Source of the DNA: Marsupella aquatica
Taxonomy: Eukaryota; Plantae; Marchantiophyta
Direction of reading: 5' to 3'
DNA length: 64,000 nt
Assembly (NCBI GenBank): GCA_973895155.1
Contig: OZ316893.1
Span: 26,965,283 to 27,029,282, forward strand
This document shows positions 50,401-60,571 of this stretch, piece after piece. Position 1 is the first letter of the stretch. The number at the start of each line of letters is the position of its first letter. The position numbers were made by a program, and so were the translations under genes. The notes beneath the pieces were generated by a model that was given only the letters and a program-made list of their open reading frames with translations, ran no database searches and was not told the DNA's origin.

Positions 50401-52130
50401 CATTGGTGGAAGTCCTATTGTTTATACTCTTCCTTAAGTATCTATGTTGTGCCCGTGAAGTTGGGTTGGAAATGTTGCAATGATGCCATCTACTGATCAC
50501 GAGCTCTCTGTGTGAATGCCGTGTCTGCAGCCGGTTGCGCCATCCAAATGGTATGTTTTGGTCTTCATCTCCTCGATTTTTTCTCTGCTGGACAGAAATT
50601 TTCTGCAATGTCTGAGTACTTCTGGTAATTGGTCAATATGTCTGCAAACGCGGCCAAGTAAGTGAATGAATAGCGTGAAAGTCCATGCGGACCAAAATGG
50701 ACGAACGGTGTAAAACAACTCCAAGAGTCAAAAGTGACCCAGTAGACGCGGTGGACAACAATTACAGAAGTCTAACTAGATCGTAGATCCAAGGACCTGA
50801 TCTCCACTCGTGTCCAGTGAACTGACCAACCAATTTCGTATCTAAGAGACTAATGTTAAAGATTCTTCTGACAGGCCACTCTGGACTTTTGTGAATCTCT
50901 CGATACTCGTGATCTTGAACAGCAAATTTGGCATACTGAATGTCAGAATACTTCGTCACGGATATTGATAGTTGTTCTTCGTCACACTGTTGCAGTCATT
51001 TTGTTCATGGGAGCTTGCACAACTCCACCGCATCTGTCTATGGTCACGGAATATATGCACATGGGTTCTCTCTATTCTCTTGTTCATACAACTGGCCAGG
51101 GCAAGAAGCTAAGCTGGCGGCGCAGGCTCAAGATGCTCAGAGACATTTGCAGGTGCAAATAGGCATTTTATCAATGTGAATCTAAGTGTAGGGTATACCA
51201 TTGTTTTACTGCAGAATCCTCTCGGCTTATAGATTCATGGATCAGATGATATATTGAGGAATCTGATGTTAAGGTGACTGCATTTGGTCTAGTAACTTAT
51301 CGAGCCCTCGCTTTTATTCTGAAGAATCCAGCTACTGTCAGTTGAGGTTTTCTGAGAGAATTCTTGCCTGCAGGGGAATGATGTCCGTGCAGCGAATGAA
51401 CATTGTCCATTGTGATCTCAAGAGTGCCAACTGCCTAGTTGACAAGCACTGGTCTGTTAAGATCTCTGACTTTGGCCTGTCCCGCCTTGCTTCTGGAGCA
51501 CATGTGCCAGAGAGCACTGCCGCTGGTACCCCAGAGTGGATGGCACCAGAGTTGCTACGAAATGATCCCGTTACAGATAAATGTGACATTTTCAGTCTTG
51601 GTGTAATAATGTGGGAGCTGTGTACATTAAAGAGGCCCTGGGAAGGTGTCAAGCCCATGGAAGTAAAGCTCAAGAAACTCAAAACTACCGCATTTTCAGC
51701 TCTCAATTGTTTGTGACCCGATAAGTCTAGAATCCTGATGTTTTGTATGTGGTAACTAACTTGATTTCATAATTGGTATCGTTAATGCAGGTGGTGATTG
51801 CTGTTGCTCATAAACAAGCAAGGCTCGAGATACCAGAGGGTCTACTGGGCAAGTTGATAGCCGGTAAGTACACCGCTATCTGGCTTCTTAGGATTTGCAA
51901 TCTGTAATACTCTCCCGTTAGCAGTGTCTTGTTAGGAGTACAGTCCGTGATGCTCGTTTGTCAGCAGTAATCCGGTTAGGATTAGACTCCGATGCTCTTC
52001 CGTGACGATTCTGATGAAGGCAGACTTTCCCTCGTGATATGCAGATTGCTGGGTTGAAAACCCTGCATCTCGACCAACTTACGAAGAAATTCTTACCCGT
52101 TTGCATGAATGCGAATTCCTACAAACGTAA
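41478..52130 (+). CDS. Raf-like MAPKKK with an N-terminal EDR1 domain (B1-type). Start uncertain (first in-frame ATG at 41565). Exons 41478-41738, 42304-42507, 42984-43166, 43459-43730, 44974-45099, 45538-45627, 46133-46207, 46554-46622, 47048-47143, 47380-47442, 48157-48243, 48638-48712, 48943-49312, 49628-49949, 50209-50332, 50531-50550, 50996-51152, 51374-51662, 51791-51863, 52045-52130.
   Basis: EDR1-domain motifs SPRRASQRLWETG...IPNGFYSVVP, GMCRPRALLFK and DSCDSPLEPNSPL. Kinase motifs GIGSFGEVFRG, VAIK, HCDLKSAN, DFG, GTPEWMAPE and DIFSLG. All introns are GT-AG with consistent phase. Confidence 0.92.
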
Positions 52131-53157
52131 TGTAACTGGACCTTGGGAACAAACCTCATATCCATTTACAGGCTGTGGTCCAGCTCCGCACCAGAGGATT
52201 TTTGTTCGAAAATGTGTAATCTTTACCTCACCATGTCTACATCTCTGCAGAGGATGGAGAGTGCTATTTGTAGTGTACTATAGAATTAGTTTTACTTGGT
52301 AAAGCTCATAGTTTTAACTTCATGGTTGGTATGGTTAATGAGTACCATATCTCCATATGGAGCATTCATGCGAGGACAGCTGACTTGAATAGAAACGAAT
52401 TGGTGTGTACCACTTTCTCGTCCATGACTGCTGAAAGATGGACTGTACAGTTCAAATTGGTGAGCACTAGAAGAGCGAACGCCGCAGCACTAACGTGCAT
52501 GTCAGTTTCCTGGTGTTAAAGGCACTGTCTAGGTTAGCCTGGACCTGCCATAACGTCTAAAGTCAGGTTTGTGAACTACACTCCCCCATCCTGTAGACGT
52601 GGATCAAACCGATCTAGGCAGCGTTACCCCTGTACATTGATGAGGATCTTAGCGAGGGATTTGCAAAGTTTTGACTCCGGTCAACCATGTACAATGTAAT
52701 TCTATTGAAGCGTCGAGCTCATGAAGTCACTTTTATTACACGTGACAGTGCGTTTAGTTTGGTGCCATTGTCAAGTGTGGCAGCATCGTTGTGATGAAAT
52801 GTACGGGTAAATAGTACTTGAATTCGAAGGCGCAGGTTACTGGCTTCTTCGGGTTAAATGTCCTGTAATTCCTACTGGATGTAAGCACCCGTCGGACTAA
52901 GTATTCTGTCACTCGAATGTTTCACCTGATTTGGCTTGTGGAAGGCTTTAGGCTCGTTACTAATTGTTCGGAGCACTAGAAGAACGGTATTGGTTAGCTG
53001 GGAAGAAGGATGTATCGCACAGGCGATTGAAGTCGTATGGAAGGTGTATTTACAGTAGAGCATCATATTCTTCCAAGGTAACCAAATACTGTTCCATACT
53101 ATTTTCTTTGTGAGCAAAGATGCAAGCTGGTGAGCAGTGGAGGCAGCTTGTTCGGTA

Positions 53158-53966
53158 TTTTGGGCTTAAACTGCCACTAGCCATATAAGAGAGGGAAGTG
53201 TCCAATACTTCTCCCTTGTTCACTTTTCTTTGGGCTGCCACTAGCCATATAAGAGAGGGAAGTGTCCAATACTTCTCCCTTGTTCACTTTTCTTTGGGCT
53301 TAAACTGCCACTAGCCATATAAGAGAGGGAAGTGTCCAATACTTCTCCCTTTGTTCACTTTTCTTTCATTCTTCTCTCCCGATCTATATTGTTCCACAAA
53401 TTATACTATTTTATGGTGTAGCCAGGTTTTTGTCATGGCTAGTGGTGGTTTAGTGGATATGGGTAGGGACTGAGTAGTTTCCACAAATTCAAGAAATTAT
53501 ACTATTTTATGGTGTAACCAGGTTTTTGTCATGGCTGGTGGTGGTTTAATGGATATGGGTCGGGAGTGAGTAGTGAAGGACGCATCTGCTCTGGGAGCAC
53601 CCAAGTTCTTTGGTAGTCTTCCCGTCTTCTCCCTCAAGGTCATTTAGTTGCATCCCGAATTGCAAGTGAGCAGTGAAGGCCTCATCTACTCTGGGAGCAC
53701 CCAAGTTTCTTTGGTAGTCTTCTCCCTCTTCTCCCTCTTCTCCCTCAAGGTGATTTAGTTGCATCCGGTAGTTGCACATCAAAAATCAATACCGCTCGTG
53801 ATCTAAAGAGAGTAATTGGGTTTATCACGGTACTATGGAGTGACATAGTACAATGTATATTGTCATGCTTTGGATAAGTGTTGAGAATAACAGTGGGTGA
53901 TCTAAACAGAGTAATTGGGTTTATTGTAGTACCATGAAGTGACATAGTACAGTGTCTATTGTCATA
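53158..53966. repeat. Compound tandem array AAA-BB-CC-DD
   Basis: A units at 53171/53235/53305, B at 53398/53494, C at 53566/53666 and D at 53798/53897. Confidence 0.9.
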
Positions 53967-56454
53967 TTTTGATGCGCAATTGACACGCCATTTAGTTATG
54001 GTCCACTCACAACCTCTGTCTTGTTCATAGTGATATCTACCTGGATAACCTACATTGTTTGTGTCCCCATTGACCGTGGAGAGTCATCGGCCAGTGTACA
54101 CCAAAATGAAAATTGATTGGCCAGTTTATACCAAAATAAAAAAGGAACGATCGGTGTTCAAGATGAAAATTTGGGAAGGATGATGCCCTGAATAGATGAG
54201 GTGTGGGCAATGAAAGACTTTCATTTTGGTGTTGTTTTGTTGCAAGTGGATTTTATTTAGAACGCCATTCTATAACTTAGGATGCCCCGCAATGGTGCAC
54301 CAAATGAACCCAATGGGTAGTGACATGAGTTACGACTATAACTCTTATGCACTGCCAGCATCTAATCCTCGGAATACAACAGACAACCTGATTCCCCACA
54401 AGTATTTTGTTATAATTTGTCCAAGGGTTATAAAGCATAAGAAGTAAAGTAACATATTTACATCACAAACAAAGATGTAAATACACTTTATAAAATAAAC
54501 TAGGTCATTTAAAATTCAAAGAACAACATAAAACTAGTGGTTAGTGAACATCTGCTGTCATGCAACAACCTGCCAACTTTGGAGTATAGTAGAATTCTTT
54601 CTATTGTCAGCTCATTGTGGCTGACCTCAGTAAAGCACTGAATTCATAGTGAGTAGACACCCACATGGCATACTACAGTTATGCTAAGTACTGTAGCTAA
54701 GTTCTGTGTCAGACCTGGCATCAAAACTCCAATGGACCAAGTAACACTTCTGCATACCCAAAAATGTGGTCCCTGTGCTTTTTGGCAGTCCATCCGAGCA
54801 TGTTGTCAACTGTTGAAATCTACCAGAATGTTTGTCTTGAAAACCATGAATTACCAAACCATGAGTCCAAGCATCCCATTCAAGCATGTTGGCAACTGGT
54901 TACTCTACCAGAGTTTAGATCAAACTTTTATGAACTACCAAACCATGAAGAAAATAAAAATAGAAACTTGTAAATAGAGATATTGAAGCACATCCAAATG
55001 CTTGCTGAGATTTCATTCTATACAAAATTACATCCCCGCATCTTGTTAACTAGCACTCTACTAAACCAGAAAAGAAATTTGAAAAGAAAGCTGCATGTCA
55101 GTTACGACTATAACCGTAGTTAGGGCTGACCTTAGTCTCGGACTAGGTTAGGTTAGTCACGTTGCACACTATATCCCCAAGTAGTGTTTGCTTGGAAAGG
55201 AGACACTTAGGCTCATTGTTACGGATCAGTTAAGGGATAGGGATAGGGAGAACTTGTTTTGGCCAACAAGCCTAGAGTGTTGTAAAGGTGTCGTGTGTTC
55301 CCGTGGACGTAGCCTCAGCTAAACTGAACCACATGTTTCTTTGTGTTGACTGCTTGTGCATTGGATGATTATGGACTTGTCGTTGTAAATGTCGACTTTG
55401 CTCAACATGTTGCAATTTTCCAATGCATATGAAAGTACTTATGCACTGTTGCAATTGTCTTGTCAGATCATACAGAGTGGACTCCTCCCTCACACTCAAA
55501 ATACTCATACTGAATGATTCAACTCTCAAAATACTCATGCTGAATGATTCAACTGGATAAGTGCATGAAACTACCATGTGTACTTGTCCACTACACCTAT
55601 GTATTTGTCTTTTAGAGACATCAACCTGCACTGCACTTATAGGGACTGCATTTTTGGTGCATTTACAAAGAAAACTGTTGTAATATTAGGGGACCCACTG
55701 GATATGCTGCTGAACTATACGACCGACCTGCAATTACCCACGGGACACTGCACTAATCCACGGTACACTGCACTGTATAGATTCTTTTCTTCATGGTTTA
55801 CTTTATTCTGAAATAACTTCTGAGGAAGGGATGACATCATCATATCCGATAAACGCGATCCTCTCATTCTATCGCATCACATTCAAACCTCCTCTAGTCC
55901 CCCTCTGGCCCTCTCCTCTCCTCTCCTCTCCTCCAATTCACTACTCTCCCAACGAAACACAAAAATCGACAAGACTGATCGCCATGACGATTGCGCGCGC
56001 GAGCATTCTTCGAATCCGTTCAACGCGGTGATGATTTTCCGCTTCCCCTCCCGAATCGTCATCTCATCAGCAGCCCCGCAAGACATTGCTCGAGAATTCA
56101 GGTATTGTAGTGGTCGCTCTCCCGCATCGCCCGCTGATGGGGAAATGATGATGAGTCGCTGGGTCCGATCATCCGTCCTCGATTTTCTAGCTGCAACGAA
56201 ATCCCACAACTTGAAGTGAAACGGGACATCGATCGGTCGGTTTTGGGCCTTGAAGCCGTATGGAAGTCGGGCTGTAGCTGAACGTTACAAATAGGAGGAT
56301 GCAATCAAGGGCCACGGGATCATTGCATCGTTAGATTGCAGAGATTGAGAGGGAGAAACGCCGTGGGAGAAGTCTCGGGAGGATTCAGAGAGGGCGTCGG
56401 ATTTTTTCCATAGCCACATAGGCCACCGGCAGTAGAGGAGACAAGAGTGAAACG

Positions 56455-57078
56455 ATGGCGCTGAGTGCGTCAGTTGGTAATTTGCTCAGGTCGGCACCAG
56501 GAGGAGAAAATTTTAGGGAAGCTTGCAATCAGTCGAGCTCACATTATGTGTGTGCGTCAAGTGGTTGCTGGACAGGCATTCTCAACGGCAGCGGACGGAA
56601 CAGCATCGGATTGGGAACTGGAGGGAGACTGCGGTGGAGGAGGCAGCGGGGAGGGCAACAACGATTCCTGGCCATCCGGGCTTCTGATAATAACAGCAGC
56701 AAGCAGAGTGGGGAGACGGAAACTACGAGCAGTGAGGCCGATGTGGAGGCTCTGGAGGCTAGACTCGGAGTTGGGAGGAGAGCACGCAATAAGCAGCAAG
56801 CGGAAGGCGGTGGTTCACAGTCGAGATCGGCAGGAGCACCTGCGAAGCCGAAGCAACCGGTTAAAAAATGGGAATCCATGAATTTGGCAGAGAAGGCTTG
56901 GTCATTGTACATAGATCCTGACAAAGGTATTCTGTTTTGGCTTAATAAGCTGGCGTATGGTGCCATTTTTACCGTCATCGGTGGCTGGATTGTTTTCAGA
57001 TTTATCGGACCTGCATTAGGTTGGTACGAGCTGGATCAACCTTTGTTGAGTCCGGAGAAAATCTTGGACGGTCCGTAG
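56455..57078 (+). CDS. Single-exon, likely plastid-targeted uncharacterised protein with a C-terminal transmembrane helix
   Basis: 207-aa ORF with a good ATGGCG context and a transit-peptide-like N-terminus ending IRAS. The C-terminal block WESMNLAEKAWSLY...KGILFWLNKLAYGAIFTVIGGWIVFRFIGPALG looks conserved. Confidence 0.85.
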   Translation: MALSASVGNLLRSAPGGENFREACNQSSSHYVCASSGCWTGILNGSGRNSIGLGTGGRLRWRRQRGGQQRFLAIRASDNNSSKQSGETETTSSEADVEALEARLGVGRRARNKQQAEGGGSQSRSAGAPAKPKQPVKKWESMNLAEKAWSLYIDPDKGILFWLNKLAYGAIFTVIGGWIVFRFIGPALGWYELDQPLLSPEKILDGP

Positions 57079-57749
57079 AGAAACGAGAGTTAATTGGAAA
57101 ACTTGTTTTCTTAGTTTTCTGTGCATGCATCGTGGCTTCGGAGAATGAAATACCTCCGAGGACCAACTAATTGAGCTCTAGTGAATGATAGTCTATCCAA
57201 TTGGATTTCTTCTAGCTTTCTGGTATGCATGCGTGCCTCGCCCTGTGACGACTGCTCGATTACTGCGCCTGAAACAAGTTCAAATGTTCTGCCTTCAGTT
57301 CGAATTCTCATTTCAAATTCCATCACTAGAGCGGTTCATGAGTTCTAAATGCCACTCATTTATTTTATAGAAGTTTACTCCTTCAAAGGCTGATGCTACC
57401 CATTCAGTCTACAATTGACCCCTTTCATATGACTGGAGTTCGATACTTCTGAGAGATCAGGGTTTATGGCTAGAGGGCTACAGAAGGATCCGTGGGAGGC
57501 ACATTTATTTTTTGAATCACTCCTGGGTCATGAAATGGAAAGTTATTATGAAAATAGAAGCTTCTCCGGGCACTATTAGCTGTAATCTAAGAGCACCTTT
57601 GCTGAGAAACAGATCCTTTCGTCTAGACATGTCAGATTCTTTAGGGAGGATCACTTGAAAAAATTTGATCATTGATAGGGAAGTAATGATTTGACATAAT
57701 CCTGCCTAGTGAGTCGAAACTGGCGAACTCTCTGCCCTGAGGTATTTCA

Positions 57750-58971
57750 GACCAGTTTACCTCCTTTAAGCATCTGTATTCTTTGTACTAGTAGAACTAG
57801 CCCGCCCCGATAAGTGACTTGACTCTAGTTCTTTCAACAATGCTAGGACAAATCCTACATCTGGGCCCTGCATTCTGCCACTAAGCAATATTCGTACAGG
57901 CATGAATAGTCTCTCTCCCTGCAGGTACAGAGCAGTCCCACAAAAGTTGTAGGTCATCTTCCCGAGATTCTACTAAAAAGTGAGATCCTAGCTAGAAAAC
58001 AAATATCGAGAATTTTATTAGCCAAGGAACAATGCAAGGAGATGAACCTTCCGCTTTTGAGCCTTGCCAAGACTGTTCACCCAGTTTATCCTAGAGTCGC
58101 AGGCAGAAGGGCTTCACTGAAACGATAATATTAATACTGCTCTTCAGTGACGCAGAGTTAAGTTCACTTTAAAAACCGCAGAAACAGCTATTCTCGGTCA
58201 GGACCTGGCATCAAAGAGCACATGAATTCTTGAGATAGAGATAAGAATTGGGACTTGCCTTTCAAGTGTTGAGGGCAGTGGATATGCAAAATGTTCAAGA
58301 TGGCTAAATCTCCATCTGAGACAATATCTACGCCATTTTGAATAACCTCAGTCGCTCCCTGCTTAGCCGACGACGGTAGCATTCAAACGTCAACTGCTGT
58401 CAAATAAGTGCAAATACTACACAGTGCAATGGCCTTAGAGACGAACTCTGCAAGTTCTAAAGACACTTCGTCCTAGTAAAATGGGCTGGGATCTCTCAGT
58501 GAACACAAAGACAGAGGAACAGGGCAACGGTCGACGGATGGCCAGCAAAGGCATACGCAACTTTTAAGGTTAAAGTGAATGATTACCCTGTCTTCTATTG
58601 GAGCCACTTTCCGCCAGGATGCAAATTTGAAATCACCTGCTTAAGCAGTAAGGCGCCTCGAGCGTGACCGTGCGCAAAGGCCCTTCAGCCTTGGAAGTAA
58701 TACATGATTTCACCCACCGCAAATGTTGTACATTTATCCATCTGTTCCACTAAAACGATAGTTGTCAATTACAAGAGTCCACCCCTGTGCTTCTGGCGAT
58801 TGAATCGCAAATGAATAGGGAATTATTCTGTTCACAGTAGCAAAATTATCTCGAAAAAACAAAGTCCACTGATAAGTTTCAGACAGGAATGAAGAGAAAA
58901 CACATACACCAACTTTGTGTTGTAAGAAAATGGCTGCACTCTTAGTTATCCGATCAATAGAATTTTTTCAA
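57750..58971 (-). pseudogene. Organellar glutamyl-tRNA synthetase (OVA3/gltX-like) C-terminal exons, frameshifted
   Basis: Exon remnants SIDRITKSAAIF (58971-58908), GATEVIQNGVDIVSDGDLAILNIL/YPLPSTLE (58358-58259), NWVNSLGKAQKRK (about 58090-58048) and GERLFMPVRILLSGRMQGPDVG...RIQML/EVNW (57918-57750). Several 1-nt frameshifts are present while splice sites are retained. Confidence 0.8.
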
Positions 58972-59074
58972 CTGCAAACCGCATGATCGTTTACCGAGAT
59001 CCTTGGGCTACATTCAAATATCAATGTAACAGGGAGTGAGGCCAGCCAATGCCAAGATCCGAAGAGTCAACGTT

Positions 59075-59690
59075 GCAAATATGGAGATGCATTATTGGGA
59101 ACCAACTTCAGAACCTCTATACCGTAAGTTCTCCAAGCCCCAAGCAAGGTTTTCCAAGCGACTTCATCTGGTTCAACTGGCATGTCACTAATGAAGGGCT
59201 TTGCTTCCTCCAGTTGTCCAGCTCGCCCAAGAAGATCCACCATGTACGTACAATGCACAATGTCGGGCTCAATCCCATAATCTTCCCTCATCGATGAAAA
59301 GACTCAACGGCCGTCATCAACGAGTCCTCCGGGACAACAGGCCGACAACACTGCCGCGAATGAATAAGTGTCCGGCTTCACACCGTCTGTGGCCATTTTT
59401 CTATAGAGGTCCAGGGCTTCATTTCCACATCCATGTTGTGCAAGTACACGGATCATTGCAGTCCATTTGATTACATCGCGTTCTCCATTCTGTCGAAAAC
59501 AAGTCGGGCGTGGTCTATGCTGCCACTCTCGGCATAGATGTGAACCAATGCACTGCCCACACGCAAATCTGACTCTAGTCCCGTTATGCTAGCATAGACA
59601 TGAACGTCCTTCACCCAGTCTACAGCCCCCACACTTGCAGATCCATTGAGAATACTAGCTTAAGTGAATCCATCTGGTTCGAAGCCTTCG
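59075..59690 (-). pseudogene. PLS-class PPR protein fragment (L/S/P motifs to the E domain), decayed
   Basis: FT*ASILNGSASVGAVDWVKDVH...GLESDLRVGSALVHIYAESGSIDHARLVFDRM...YGIEPDIVHCTYMVDLLGRAGQLEEAKPFISDMPVEPDEVAWKTLLGA, with a stop, frameshifts and truncation in the E domain. Confidence 0.88.
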
Positions 59691-59835
59691 CTATGCAACA
59701 CCCGCGCATTGGTCTAGTACCTTCATGATTATCACTCACTATTGACCACACTATGCAACACACGTGCATTGGGCTAGTACCGTCATGATTAATACTATGC
59801 AACACACGTGCATTGGGCTAGTACGGTCATGATTA
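59691..59835. repeat. Three copies of a ~41-bp unit
   Basis: CTATGCAACAC.CG.GCATTGG.CTAGTAC..TCATGATTA at 59691, 59751 and 59795. Confidence 0.92.
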
Positions 59836-60571
59836 TCATCTGGCGAAGAGACGCCCCGAGGCCCGTCAGTCACATCCTATGATACATGACAACAAAGCTG
59901 GAGGTGTTCCCTGGTGGGTTTCTTCTGGTTGCACTGAGTTTTTTCAGGAGATTGTATGGCGATTGGCGACACCCAGTGATAGAGGGGCTTCACTTCTTTT
60001 CTCGGGAAGTTCTCCATACCAAAAGTCAGTTCAACAAAGCTTCCGAAACGATTTGCTTAGGGGTAGCGCAAGCAATGACTCGGAGGAAAAGAGTTCGACA
60101 TCGGATGAGAGATTGAACCTCTTCTTCGATGACAAATGACCTTCACAAAAACTGCACAAGGTGTGTCCTCGCAAGGATCATGTATAAACAATTCATGGAT
60201 ATTATGCTACAAAAGCTCGGCACCCACCTGTCCTGCCATCGTAATCGTTTTACTAAATTCCATGTGAATGCCGGGAGAGCGCGAAGGCATGCCATGTGGC
60301 CGACTATCTATCTACGGCGACACAGTCAAGCTGCACACATGTGTGGCTAAAATCGAGCTGAAATGGAACGTAAGTGGAAAAATTGGGTGTTTCTCGTATG
60401 CAAGATCATCAGAAAAATTGAATTTCCAAGTGTAGCTCGTCTACTGGACTACTGCTACAGTCCTTGATGCGAAAACCACTGGATCATATCAAGCTTAGGA
60501 GATCCAAGAATGAGCACTTTCGCGCAACGAAAGATTGTCTAGTTTGAGGTGACGGCCGGTTTTAACTTCGA

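Noticed and set aside
59691-59835. CRISPR-like appearance of the three 41-bp repeats
   Set aside because: The spacers are about 19 and 3 nt, there are no cas genes and the context is eukaryotic.
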